Positions 46,501-59,024 of a stretch of DNA of 64,000 bases are shown here, one piece after another (the stretch's first letter is position 1; the number at the start of each line of letters is the position of its first letter). The notes under the pieces were generated by a model. It saw nothing but the letters and a program-made list of their open reading frames with translations, had not been told where the DNA came from and searched no databases. Where the stretch lies: contig CM052825.1 of NCBI GenBank assembly GCA_028534125.1, positions 434,001 to 498,000 on the forward strand, written 5' to 3'. This DNA is from Lama glama. Taxonomy: Eukaryota. A program made the position numbers and the translations under genes.

Positions 46501-48720
46501 TTCACCTGTTGGACAAATCCACCGATTTGTGCTGTTTTAATCCCCTTTCGCTATTCCCCACAGCAGTCTGAGGAGGAGGGGGAAGGATCGGGCCGCCCAG
46601 GAGACTGGACTTTCAGGGGTGTGTGCACAGGAGGGGCGCACAGCTGGTCTGGCGGGTCAGCTGGAGGCTGGGCTGTGTCTCCTGGAAGGCGGGGTGGCAG
46701 TGGGCGCTGGCGTGTCTACTCAGAGCTTCAGCCAGGACGAGGGGGCCGGGCTCCAGGCCCAGAGGCTTCCCAGGCTGCTGCGACTGCCCTGCGTGCAGTG
46801 GCCCATGGCTGTTTTGCTTTCCCTCATTTGCCTTCTCTCAGGGGCCTCTGCCCCACCCATTTGACGGAGAGGGGCCTTCCTGAGCCTCACGTTGGTTACT
46901 GACGTTTTGCCTCTTAAATTGAAGGCTTTCTTAAGAGGGAAACTTAAGACACGTGTTCTCACACGTGGTGGAGGGCTGGGGTGGGGCAGGGCTTAGGGAG
47001 ACGCATGCCTGTCGCTCCATTGGACAGCCACGTTTTCATCATTAGTGTTAATGCTTTCGTTTCTGTGTTCTGGTTTTTTTTTTAAGAGCAAAATGAATGA
47101 TTGCGCAGATGCAATGAATGCTGTGTGGGAAAGCTGTGGAACCGCCGGGGGCCTGCTGTGGGCTGGGGTCTCCCACCTGAGCGAGCAGAGGCCAGGGCTG
47201 CGGGCGTGCTGGCTGCTTCGGGCGCCACCGAGGTCTTGGCGGGCACCTCTTGCCTGTTTGGGCTCTGAGAAACCAAGCCCCTTCCCGCTCCCAGCGCCGT
47301 GCGGTGCAGTGAAGGTCTCTGGTGCTGCTCTCCGCCGTCTTGTGGTTTTCAGCACCCTTGATCCGTGGCCGGCAGTTTCAGCTTAGGGGACTGTGGGCCA
47401 TCCCCCTGCCGCCAACGCAGGCGCCCGTGTCCATTGAGGCAGGAGCTGCGGGGGCGTGTGCTGCAGATGATGCCCCCATGAACTAGGTCTGTCTGCCTTC
47501 TGGGGATTCCCTTATCCTCCTCTGACTTGTCAGCCGCTCCCTCTTGCTGGACCTCAGACAGAGGAGCCCAGGGAGGGCCCCGTCCCATCATAAGCAGAGA
47601 CCTGCTGGAGTGACTGTCACTTGGGTCCTGTGTCTGGGCGGGTGGCAGCGGGAGGACTAGTTTTTGCAGGGCAGCTCCGGGCAGGACCGGACCTGGCTGA
47701 GACGTGGGCTGCGGGTGGCCGTGCGCGGGGCTGCTGCTCCCTGGGTCGCCGCGGGCTTCTTTCTGGGGTACAGGTTTCTTCTGCTCCCACGCCCGTGTCA
47801 GCAGCTGGACTCCACTGGGTGCTGCCTGGAAGGGGGCTGTGTTCTCCTGCGGGCTCTGGTCCCTAAGTCTTTTGAAGAGAAGACCTTTCTGTGGTTATTC
47901 CCGCCTGACCTTCAGGCCCGCTGGACGGATGACCCAGACCCTGCCTTCTGGCCACCTCCGGGTTCCTTGTGTCTCAGAGGGGCTACGGCGCTGCTTTCCA
48001 AAGTGTATGTCTTGACTTGATAGGCCCGGGATGTGCAGGTCTGACTGGCCGGTTCTGTTTCCTGCCTGCTCGTCAAGAGACAAGTGTAGCCAGTGAGGTC
48101 AGCGTCCCAGCACCGCCCATGCCAAGGCTCTGCCGCACCCGCCTTGCACTGCTTCCCTCAGCGTCTGGTTTGTGGTGGGCGGGCCATCCCTTCTGTCCTG
48201 TCGTGTGTGTGGTACCAGGCCGGCCTCTGGCTGCTCTGTGCTCGCTGAGAAACGTGCTCAAGGTGGGAAGTGGTGCAGGGTGGAGGTAAGAGGGCTGCCC
48301 GGGGCATGGCAGGACACCAGCGCTGCCCTGGGGGCCCGGTCTGTCACCCAGCTCCTGGCTGGCCTTTCTGCTGAAAACCCCTGACCTGCTCCAGGGAGGT
48401 GCTACCTGGACCATTTGGGCAGAGACAGGGCCCCCCAAGCCCCGTCACGGGACTCAGTGCTGCAGTGGGGCCAGGTAGGGAGAGCCGGGCCACGGGCACC
48501 CCCGTGCGGAGCCCGCACAGACCCCTAGGGGCGAGGCGGCCCTCAGAACCAAACCCGGAGGTGTGCGTGCACGGGGGTTGGCGTCGTGCACGTCCCTGTC
48601 TGCTCACACGCTCGGCCTGTGGTGTCTGACTGGCACAACTGGTGGGTGTGCTTAGCAGGCCGTCCTGGTCCTGGAGGACGTCTGTGTGGCCTGACCGGCA
48701 CTGCTCCTCCCCTGTCGCAG

Positions 48721-48799
48721 GTACATGTCGCAGAGCAAGCACGCCGAGGCCCGAGAACTCATGTGCTCGGGAGCCCTGCTGTTCTTCAGCCACGGCCAG
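48721..48799 (+). CDS. GET4: GET4 exon 2: [26 protein letters not shown]
   Basis: TCGCAG| acceptor, CAG|GTGGGT donor, 79 nt. Confidence 0.97.
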
Positions 48800-49009
48800 G
48801 TGGGTCTTCCCGGCCTGGGGCCGGGGCCGGGTGGGCGTGGGCCCAGGCCGAGGTCTTAAGGCTACAAGGCCTCGGTACTTAGGGTGGTTTCTTAGCTTCA
48901 GCTGGTCCCCAGTTTCTGCCCGGAACTAGAGCAGTTGCCCAGCTTCACCATGTTTTCCAAAAACGGGCCAAAGCCTTGTTTCTGACTCTGTGCTCTTCTA
49001 CATTTACAG

Positions 49010-49091
49010 CAAAACAGTGCCTCGGATTTGTCCATGCTGGTCTTAGAGTCTCTGGAGAAGGCGGAAGTCGAGGTGGCTGACGAGCTGCTGG
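49010..49091 (+). CDS. GET4: GET4 exon 3: [27 protein letters not shown]
   Basis: TTACAG| acceptor, TGG|GTGAGC donor, 82 nt. Confidence 0.97.
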
Positions 49092-49554
49092 GTGAGCCCT
49101 CCGCCCGGTGCCCAAGGCGGTTTTGCAGCTGCTCCCACATGGAGACCCCCTTCCCCTCCGCCCCCCACCCCACACACAGAGGAGCCACCGTGCTGTCCAC
49201 TCCACCAAGGCAAGGTGGCCGCCACGTGGTCTCAGAGACCCGGCCTGCCCCGAGTGGTGAGCCCTTCCTGTGAGCTGCCGGCTGGAGAGGCAGAGGAGGG
49301 TCCCCCCTCCAGGGCTCTGCCCGCTGGGGCCAGCTCCCAGCACAGCCCACCCCCTCGCCTGCCGCCCCACAGGGGCTCAGCCTCGAGGCTGGTGCTACAG
49401 TGAGGTCAGTTGGGGGTGGCCCTGGGATGCCACCACCATGCCAGCTGTTTCTTAGCTTCCTTTCAAAGTGAAACAGTTAATTTGCGTAACATGTGCGGTG
49501 GGAAACTGAGGTAGTCATGGGTTTCCTCGGGTAAGGTCTCTGTGTGGGTTTCAG

Positions 49555-49704
49555 AAAGTCTGGCGAAGCTGTTTAGTTTGATGGATCCCAACTCCCCGGA
49601 GCGAGTGGCGTTCGTGTCGCGAGCCCTGAAGTGGTCCAGCGGGGGGTCCGGGAAGCTGGGCCACCCCCGGCTGCACCAGCTGCTGGCCCTCACCCTGTGG
49701 AAAG
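49555..49704 (+). CDS. GET4: GET4 exon 4: [27 protein letters not shown]...LLALTLWK
   Basis: TTTCAG| acceptor, AAG|GTAGGC donor, 150 nt. Confidence 0.97.
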
Positions 49705-51916
49705 GTAGGCCTGTGCCGGAGGGCTGGGGTTCTCTTTCTCCTAGCACTTGTCTTGCAAGTGAGCTCGTGCGGGGCCTGCTCCATCCGTGCGGTGTGGGGT
49801 CCTGCCCGCGGCATGGGGCAGTGGGGAGCGGCCAGAACACGGCCGTTGGCAGTTCTGCACTCCCGGGGGCTCATCTACGCCGTTGGCCTATGAGCCTGGG
49901 CCCATTGTACAGGTGGACACCGCGCTCTGTCCTCGCTGGGCGTCACTGGGGTGGGGTCAGGTGTAGGGAAGGTGACCGTGGGCACAGCCTGGCAAGTGAC
50001 ACTGTGGGACTTTGGCAGGTCTGTCGTTCTGGACACTAGTGTGGGCGGGCTTTGTAAATGAGGTCTGTTAGCCAACAGCCGTGTCCAGGGGAGGGCGGCC
50101 AGCGGGGCCAGCGCGCTGGTGTTACTCTGGCCTGGCCTGTGAGGGGTGCTGCGTGGGACTGTCTGGGGACCGGAGTTGGCGGGACTGGTGCCCAGTGCTG
50201 TGAAGTAGAGTGCGCGGCAGAGCTGCCCAGAGGCCGCGCGGGGCTGGGGACGTTAAGGTCCCGTACGTGTAAGGTGAAACATTTGAAGTTCAAGGTACAG
50301 GCGTGTTAACATGCTTGAGGCCCACAGAGCATGTGGAAGGCTGTGCTGAGGGCCGTCCGCCAGGTGCCGTTCCCCTCCTGTCCCTGTGACAGGGTGGGCC
50401 CGCGGGCCCATGTGAGTGCAGGGGCCCTGGGTCCTGGGCCAGAAATGGCCTGGCTGGGCGCCCCCATGGGAGAACTGCCCCAGCGGCTCAGGGCCCCGCT
50501 GCTCACGGGGTCTCGTGCAAGAGCCTCCAGGGCCGAAGGTACCTGCTTGCTTGTCTGACTTTCTCTGTCATGTGGATGCTTGGAAACCAAAGGGTTGTTC
50601 TTGGGGGTTGGAGGGAGGGAGGGGGGAGAAAGGAACAAACCAACCAAGCAGAGGACACGTTTCCTGAAGGCAGCGCACGGGGCTGGGAGCTGACGCCCAG
50701 TGAGGGTGCGTTTGAGGGTCTGGCCTAGGGTGGGGCCGGGCTGGTGCCGTGATCTAGGGGCAAGAAGGGCCGCCTTGCCCAGCTGGCAGGAGTGTCCGTG
50801 CAGAGGTGGGACCAGGGGTCAGGACGGTGGTGCCTCGGCCCAGGAGCGAGTGGTGCAGCCAGCGAGGCTTGTGTGCCGCTGTGAGGAGGTGGCCTGGAAG
50901 GAGCTGGCACATCTGAGGACCTGGGGGTGGCCTGCCCTAGAGTGGGGAGCCAACAGCGTCTCCGGGCCCCACAGCTGGAGGCCAGCAGCACCCCCAGCTG
51001 AGGTGGCTGACTCGTCTGTAGGCACCGGGCGTGTCCGGAGTGAGGGTCGGGTCATGCTGGGTGAGAGCTGGCTGGCGAGGAGGGCTGGCATGTTGGGCAG
51101 GGCCCAGGTTCACAGCCCAGGTTGTTTACTGGAAACAGGGAGGTTGGAGCTTTGGTCACCTCATGAAACACAGGCATTTAGAACCCACTTGTAGTTCAGG
51201 AGCCGGCGTAGAGTGAAAACCCTGGGACAGAAGAACATCAGCGGAGGCGGGTTCCCTGGCTGCCCACGGTCCTGCGGCCTCCTCCCCTCACACGCCCCAC
51301 TCTCAGGAGGCAGGTTCTGCCTCAGGACCTCATGCCACCTTCTTGATCAGCTGCTGGGTGACCCCACTTGGACTGGGGACAGTGTAGCGTCTGCCGGGGG
51401 CTCAATGGAGGCAGAGGTCCAGTGTGGCGATGTCGAAGAGCCATGTGCCCACCGAAGGCAGGGCTCTCAGGCCTCGGGGGACTTTGGTCCTGGTCCCAAG
51501 GGGACGTGCAGTCCTTCATTCAGACCAGGAGCCTTCTCTGCGCCGGCATCACCAGACCCAGCCCAGGGGCACCTCTCTCTCTGGAGGAGCAGGCAATTGG
51601 CACAGCGCTGGATTAAGTGTAGGGCCCGTCAGAGTGGAGAAGGGGAGCAGGCTGGGGTGCATCAGTGGGCGGCGGGGTCTTGGGCTGGTCCCAGCTGCTG
51701 CTCTGAGCTTGGAGGCACCTTCCAAATCCAGCCGACAGCACTGTTTGTGTGGGTCACAGGGCCTGTTCGGGGCTGTTTCTTAGGGTTCAGCTCGTGTGAA
51801 CGTTGGCAGGGGCTCAGCTGCACCCAGGGACCTGCTCCCCCCACTGGGTGTCTAGGAGGAGGGTTGGGAGCAGCGGGGTAGGGGTGGGCGCTCACGGGTC
51901 CCCTTTCCCTCTGCAG

Positions 51917-52055
51917 AGCAGAACTACTGTGAGTCCCGGTACCACTTCCTGCACTCCAGCGACGGAGAAGGCTGCGCCAACATGCTGGTGGAGTACGCCA
52001 CCTCCAGGGGCTTCCGCAGCGAGGTGGACATGTTCGTGGCCCAGGCCGTCCTGCA
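51917..52055 (+). CDS. GET4: GET4 exon 5: [26 protein letters not shown]...DMFVAQAVL
   Basis: CTGCAG| acceptor, GCA|GTACGT donor, 139 nt. Confidence 0.97.
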
Positions 52056-53301
52056 GTACGTGCCCTTTGCTGTCCCACCCTGGCTCGCGTGGCCACCTGG
52101 GGCCCGGGGATGGCCTCTGAGCCGGGCGCTCTCCGGGCTGAGCCGCACGTGAGGAAGACTCCGAAGTCACCCAGGGTCCCACCCACGCCACCGAGCCCAA
52201 CCCCACTGCCAGTCTCTGGGCACAGCAGACGGTCCCCTCACCTTTTGGGCTGACCTGTGAGATCCCCACAGAGCAGTGGAGGCACTTTCTATGTTACAGA
52301 TCAGCGTTCTGTTGCCGTGGGTTTTCCGTCTCCCCCAGGGTCTCTCCTGTTTAGGGGTCTGAGTGTCAGGACTCAGTAGCCAGCTTCCTGCAGTACCGGG
52401 GGTGGAGGTGCAAGTGCCGCGGGCTTTTATTCCAAGGCTGTTGGTCTTCCCAGGTGTTCCAGGCACCCGCAGGGCGATGCGGGGGTGGCCCCGCCCGCTC
52501 CCCGCCCCCCAGTTCTAGGTAGGCTGCCACCCCTGTTTTCTTTCCAGTTCATCTTTTTGGAAGAGGCAGCAAGTGAGGGTCCCTGTTGGGCTCCCATGGC
52601 CGGGCGCCCACTCAGGCGACCTTGGGCCTGACTCCCAGCGGACAGTCACCGCGTGTTTATCAGTGTGTTTATTTCCTCTCAGAGAAGCACTTGATCTGCT
52701 GGCGAGGTGCTGGGCCAGGAGCGGTGTGTGTGCTGTGAGTTCACAGCAGGTCAGGGCTTCTGAACTCTGTCACTAGTTGCTGACATCTGTGACTTTGGAA
52801 ACGAAACATTCTAAAACCCAGGACTCACTGACCCTGCCTTTGGTCTCTGGGCCCAGTGTTTCCTTGGGGCTGGACTTGGCCCTGCCTGCGGGATCACCCA
52901 GCCCTTTCCTGTACGTCCCTCTTCCCCATGGGCCCAGCCCTGCAGTGAGGCCCGGCTGAGAGGACGTCCTCCGGCGGTCCTCGTGGCCCTGGCCCCGGGC
53001 CTGCTGTGCTCACGTGGGCAGGTGCAGACAGGTGTGTGGTTTCAGGGAACCCTGCTGCATCACGGCTCTGCTGGCAGTGTACACGTCACCTTCCTGAGCA
53101 TGGTTCTCCCCACCTGAAAACCATGGACACCCCGAGGTGCCCACTCCCTGGGCCGTGGGTCCATGTACAGGGCCTGGCGGGAGGCCTCGGTGAGCAAGGC
53201 TACATGGGCACTGGCCTAGGAGAGGGCGTCAGGCTGCTGGTGGGGCGGTGATGTGTGTGGAGACCCTTTCTTCCCACTCACAGCCCTGCTCTCATTTATA
53301 G

Positions 53302-53442
53302 GTTTCTGTGCTTGAAAAACAAAAGCAGCGCGTCTGTGGTGTTCACGACGTACACACAGAAACACCCGTCCATCGAGAGCGGTCCTCCGTTCGTGCAGCC
53401 GCTGCTCAACTTCATCTGGTTCCTGCTGCTGGCCGTAGATGG
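53302..53442 (+). CDS. GET4: GET4 exon 6: [25 protein letters not shown]...[14 protein letters not shown]
   Basis: TTATAG| acceptor, TGG|GTGAGT donor, 141 nt. Confidence 0.97.
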
Positions 53443-53552
53443 GTGAGTGCGTGGGCGCAGGGGGCGGGGGGCGGGTCTGGGGGCATGGTTTCCTGTCCCA
53501 CTTGCTCTCCTTGGTCTGGAGAGGGACCAGCCGCCCGGCCATCCTGTTTCAG

Positions 53553-53628
53553 GGGGAAGCTGACAGTCTTCACGGTGCTGTGCGAGCAGTACCAGCCGTC
53601 TCTCCGGCGGGACCCCATGTACAACGAG
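53553..53628 (+). CDS. GET4: GET4 exon 7: [25 protein letters not shown]
   Basis: TTTCAG| acceptor, GAG|GTGAGG donor, 76 nt. Confidence 0.97.
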
Positions 53629-53739
53629 GTGAGGGGCTGGCGGGCTGGGCGCTGGGACCCCAGGCCGCCCTGGAGGGGCGGTGGGGTGGCCTTGCGGGCA
53701 GGTGGCCGGCTCAGTGTCCCGTGCCCGCTCTGCCCGCAG

Positions 53740-53812
53740 TACCTCGACAGGATAGGACAGCTCTTCTTCGGCGTGCCCCCCAAGCAGACATCTTCCTACG
53801 GAGGCTTGCTGG
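53740..53812 (+). CDS. GET4: GET4 exon 8: [24 protein letters not shown]
   Basis: CCGCAG| acceptor, TGG|GTAAGG donor, 73 nt. Confidence 0.97.
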
Positions 53813-53984
53813 GTAAGGGGCCAGGGCAGCGGGGCGGCTGGGAGCGGGTCGGGGCCCAGCAGGCGGGTTGCAGCTCCAGCCCCTTCCCCCACGGGTCCCC
53901 CAAGCAGAGCCAGAGGGCCCTGCTACTCCTGGATGAATATCTGTCCCCGAGGTCCCTCTCCATTGGCCACAGGATCAAAACCAG

Positions 53985-56750
53985 GTTTTTTTTTAATTGT
54001 GCTGAAATTCACCTGACATACAGTTTACCATTGTAACCATTTTTCAGCGCACAGCACAGTTGTGTTAACTGCATGCTGTTGTGCAAAAGATCTCTAGCAC
54101 TTTCTCGTCTTCCCAAAGTGAGGGTCTGTCCCCACTAAACTGACTCTGAGTCCCCTGACCCCTGCCACACCCCTGTCTGCTTTCTGTCTGTGACTCTGAC
54201 TCCTCCAGGGACCTCACATAAGTGAAGTCACAGTTTCTGTCTTTTGGGGTCTGGCTTGTTTCACACCAGGGTTCAGCCACGCAGTAGCAGGCGTCAGATT
54301 CCTTCTTTCTCAGGCTGAATCCCACTCCAGTGCGTGGGTGGACCACACTGTGTCGTCCACCCCCCGTAGAAGGCACTGGGCCGCCTGCGCTCTGGCAGCT
54401 GTGGATGTGGGTGTATACACGTCACCTCTTCAAGGCCTTGCTTTCTGTCTTCAGGGGACACACCGAGGCAGAACTGTTGGAGCCACTGTAGTTCTGTTTA
54501 GTTTTCTGAGGAGCCACCGCACCATCTTCCCGTAGTGGCTGCTGCAGTCCACGCTCTGCCCGCGGGGCCTGAGGGCTGCGGTTCCTCCGCAGCCTTGCCA
54601 GCACTGGCTGTTGGCTGTTTCTGACCTGGTGTGAGGCGCTGTCCCCGCTCTGCCGGTCCTGACTTGATGATCTCCCCGGTGACCAGTCACATGGGGCATC
54701 TTCCCGTGGGCTCATGGCCATGTGTGCGTGTGTCTGTCCCAGTCGCCTGCCTGACTTTGAATCAGGTTGGTGGTATTACAGGTTCTCTGCACTGGATATT
54801 AATCCCTGATCAGATACATGGTTTGCAAACGTCTTCTCCTGCTCTGTGGGTTGCCTTTATTTTTTTTTAAGACTTGATTTTTGTTTTTAAGCAGTGTTAG
54901 GTTCACAGCAACATTAAGAGGAAGGTACAGACCTTGCGCGTGAATGCCCCCTGCCCCGGGGCGGAGGCTCCCCGTTGTCGCGTCCCCACCAGGTGGTGCG
55001 TTTATTGTGGGCCCACCACGGGGACACGTCCTTATCCCCTGGAGTCAGTGGCCTGGGCTCAGTCTTGTTGTCGGTCCTGTGAGACTGAGCGGAGCCCCCG
55101 CCGTCTCAGGGCTGTGGGATCCTTAGCAGGTTCCTCCCTCCCCTCCCTCGAGGCCCTTCTACTTCCTGAGGGTCTTTTGATGCACAAGACCTTGAAGCGT
55201 CACTGAGTCCGAGCTGCGCTGTGGTGTCCTTCCCCAGAAACCACGACGCTCTTGCCCGGTGTCTTCCTCTAGGGATTTTCGTGCTCTAGGCCCTCCGTTT
55301 AGGTCCTGGACGACCTGCTTGGTGTGTTACCTGTGTAGGGTCCGGCGGCGTTCTCGGGCGTGTGGCGTCCAGTCGTCCCAGCACCATTGTTGAGTGGGCG
55401 GGGGCCCTGGTCAGAGATGTCTGACCGTCTTGCCTCGGGGCTGGCTGCTCCCCGTCCTCGTCCGCCGCTGCGCCGGGCCCGCACGACGGTGGCTTTGTAG
55501 GAAGTTCCGACGCCCGAAGTTGCGAGGCTTCACCTTTGTTCTCTTCAAGATTGTTTGGGCCCCGTGAGTCCCTGGAGACTGCAGGCGAAGTCTGGGGGCT
55601 CCTGTTTCCGTGAAGGGATGTTTGGGGCTGAGGATTCACCCAGCCTGTGACCACTTTGGGCAGTGTCGACGTTTTAACGCTACGAGGCCTTTCCGTCCAC
55701 GAGCGTGGGGTGTGTTTGTGTTTGCTTGTTTGCGTCTGGAAGTTCTCGCTGCGTTGTGTCTGGTGTCCGTTGTCCAAGTCTTCCACCTCCTCGGCTGAGC
55801 TGCGTACCGAGTACTCCTTCGGACGCTGCTGTAAGTGGAACTGTCCCTAAGTCATTTTGCGGACTCTTCAGGGGCTCTTCCGTGGAAATCGTAGCATCTG
55901 CAGAAAGACGACTTTCTGCTTTCTTTCCAAGTGGAGCCCTTCGATTTCCTTTTCTTGCCTAACTCTGCCTGGACCCCCCAGGGTGCCCGCCCTTGGACGG
56001 GGCAGGGCTCAGGGTGCTGACCCCACGCGGTTCGAACCCATGCTGTTCGAGGGTCAGCCGCCACGGTGCCGGGCGCGGAGGGAGCAGCATCCTCGCCTCG
56101 CTCCCGATCTCAGACTAGAAGCTGCCGGCTCTCACCTCCGAGCGTGAGGTGTGTCCTGGGCTGCTCACGTGTGGCTCCCCTCACGTCACAGCGCACAGCG
56201 CAAGAGGGTTGCCTTCTGGTCTTTCTTGCCGGGTGCTTCTGTGGAAGATGTTTAGTTTTGTCAGATGCGTCTTCGGCATCAGGTGGGCGGGCGCTGGGCT
56301 TTCCTTCATCCTGTGAACGTGTGCGTCGCGCTGGCTGGCCTTCCTGGCGCGCCGTCCTCGCGCTCCGGGACCTGTCCCCCCCGGGCACGGCGTGTGGCCC
56401 TCGCAGTGTGCTGCCGAGCTGGCTGCTGGGGTTGTGTGGCGTGTTCTCGCCTCAGTGTCCGTAACGGGCACTGGTGTGTGGTTTCCAGTCCTCGCAGTGT
56501 CTCTTCTCTGGCTTTGGTGTCAGGGTTACACTGACCTCATGGGTGAGTCAGGAGGTGTCCCCTGCTCTTCAGGTTTTGGGGATGGCCGAGAAGGATGGGC
56601 AGGACGGGTGTCGTTGTGTCAGCAGCCAGGCCACGCGGCCCGGGGACTTTGGCGACCGGTCTGGTTCCCTCACTCGCTGTAGGCCTGTTCAGAGTGTGTG
56701 TTCCTTTGTGCTTTAAGCTGGTAGGTGCTGGGGGCCAGGTCTCTGGCCCC
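53985..56750 (-). mobile_element. Old LINE-1 (L1MB-like) in the GET4 last intron, with a second L1MC-like 3' end nested at ~54860-55100
   Basis: L1MB 3' end (TTTAATTGTGCTGAAATTCACCTGACATACAGTTTACCATTGTAACC); ORF2 landmarks (CCCAGCACCATTGTTGA, TTTGTTCTCTTCAAGATTGTTT); second T-rich head TTTTTAAGCAGTGTTAGGTTCACAGCAACATTAAGAGGAAGGTACAGA. Confidence 0.75.
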
Positions 56751-58069
56751 GCCTTCCAGGGCCAGGCCCCCTACCCCGGGTCCTGCCGTCCGAGGGTGCG
56801 GCCTCGGGCCTCCCCCGCCCCTTGCGTTGTGCGTGAACTCCGGCCCTCTGCGGGGGCAGGGCCAGGACCCTCTTTCACTTAGAGGTGGTCTTGGTAATCC
56901 TTACGTTTTGCATTTGATCGGGGGTGGATAAGCCTGTTTCACGGCCCTGCTTTGTCTCCTGGTGTCCTCACTCCTTCCTGAGGGGGCTCTGCAGACACAC
57001 AGATGCTCGTGCACGCACACTGTGCCGCCGCCTCTCGTCCTGGGCTCTGGGGCTGCTGCGGGTGGCGCAGCGTGGGCTCTGCAGGGCCTGTCCCCTGGGC
57101 TTGCCCGCAGTGTTCCGTGTGCGTCCGCGTCCCTGCCCGGGTGGCCCGCCTCCCCGGCCCTCGGGGCAGGGAGGGAGGGGGAGCACGTGTCCTCATCTGC
57201 CATCAAGGGTGGTCTGTGCAGAGCCCCCCCGTGGCCCAGCCTCTCCCGGAGCTCTCTCCCCAAAGCGCACGGCGGCCTCTGCCGCCGTGAACTGTGTCTG
57301 GAGCCCTAGCGGACGGTGTTGGGGGCACGCCCTTTCTCCGAGCTGTGGCTCCGTGACCCCTGCCCCAGCGACCCCGTGTCCTAAGGCCTCACGTCCGCGC
57401 CTCTACAGCGCCTGTCCGTCTGTCCACCCAGAACTGCAGTGACGCTTCAGTGTGTCTGAGAATTGGGTTGAAGCGTCAGGTCACGGTGTTCATGTCGGGC
57501 CTGACGCCCCGCCCCTTCGAAAGGTTCCCGAGCCGCGAGGCGCGGACTGGGAAGGCTTCACGCCGGAGGGCGCCACCCGCCCGTTTACTGCTCGCTGTGC
57601 CTTGGTTGGGGGCACTTCTTGCGCTTGGATTTTTGTCTTGGCACGATAGTTGTTCTTTGCATTGAAGTTAGGTGAGTGAAAAAGAGCGTCCCCGCAGGGG
57701 ACAGCAGGTAACGCTGCTGGGTCGTCTTTGACCCTTGGCTCGTCCAACTGCGGTGTGTCCCTTGCTTGGAGAGCTAGCGTGCGCATGGGCTGCCCCCCGG
57801 CCCCCGGGCAACGTGGTCCGCCAGCACCACTTCCCGACAGCCCCTGGACCTCCTGGTGGCTGCACGGCGTCCCCTCCACAGGCAGCTGGGTCTCTCCCTG
57901 CTAAGGCCCCAGCAGCATCTTGAACGTTGGCCGTTGGAGGGAAGCTGGCGGTGGGGGTCCTGGGCCCGCTGCCGCCGTCTGGTCAGCCCTGAACGTGGCA
58001 CCGTGGGAAACGGGGGTTCGGGGGGCTGCTGGCGCGGCACAGCTGTGACCCCACGGCGCCTCCTTCCAG

Positions 58070-58155
58070 GGAACCTTCTGAGCAGCCTCATGGGCTCCTC
58101 GGAGCAGGAGGGCGAGGACAGCCAGGACGACAGCAGCCCCATCGAGCTCGACTGA
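58070..58155 (+). CDS. GET4: GET4 exon 9: NLLSSLMGSSEQEGEDSQDDSSPIELD* (total CDS 981 nt, 326 aa)
   Basis: TTCCAG| acceptor; conserved SPIELD terminus; TGA 58153-58155. Confidence 0.97.
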
Positions 58156-58324
58156 CCCCGCGGACCTGGCGGACGCGCCTGGACCCAGCGGGCGCGGTTC
58201 CGAGCCAAGTCCCGGACCCGGGCCCCAGCCAGGCTCCAGCACGGGGTCGCGGGGCTGCGCGGCGGTCGTGGGGCCGGCCGGGTGCGCTGGCTGGGCCGAT
58301 GCCGTGTACCTTGACGTGACCCCC

Positions 58325-58803
58325 AATAAAGCACAGGCCTGGCCGTGCCGCCACCTTCCCAGCCGTGTCTGGTCTGCTTTGGGAGAGCCCGTCCCCGACG
58401 CACACGGCGGGGCAGCTGTGCGGGGGGCGAGGGGGCCTGGCCCCTGGCCCTGGAGCTCGCGGGGGCCAGACCCCAAAACGGCGTCTGGTCAGGAGGCTGC
58501 GAACTGTCTGCCTTCGGGAGGCAATATTTATTTCCTTCAGGTGATCGATTCCCTTGACCTGACGTTTGCGGTTTTAACCTAACGAGCAGTCCAGGAACGG
58601 GCAGAGGTGTCCTTTCTCACCTGTGCTGTGCCAGACGCTCCCAGGATGACTACGAAAAGGGAAACACTTTATTTTTTCACAATTAAAATAAGAGTTGTAG
58701 ATTAATACCCAGTGATCATGCATGGGAAGGGAGTGCGCGGTTTTATTTACTGTAAAAACGGGATTTAAAGGAAGGTTTGTGTTCATTGTTGAGTTTAAAT
58801 AAA
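58325..58803 (+). terminator. GET4: GET4 polyadenylation signals: proximal AATAAA 58325-58330, distal AATAAA 58798-58803
   Basis: Hexamers read directly; the distal one ends an AT-rich UTR block. Confidence 0.7.
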
Positions 58804-58974
58804 TCCTTTATACTGCGCTTCGCTGCGCTGGTCCTTTCTGAGGGAGCCGCCAGGGTCGGGCTGTCTGAGCCGCGGGCACCGCGCCAGTGTGTACAGGTCT
58901 GCCCAGCGTGGCCCTGCTGGGCGGCCGGGAGCCAGTGTTGGGAGGGCGTTGTGATTTTAGATACAGACTGCAGA

Positions 58975-59024
58975 GTGTGTGCGTGTGTGTGTGTGTGTGT
59001 CTGTCTGTCTGTCTGTCTGTGTCT
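58975..59024. repeat. Compound microsatellite (TG)n(TCTG)n
   Basis: Read directly. Confidence 0.9.
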
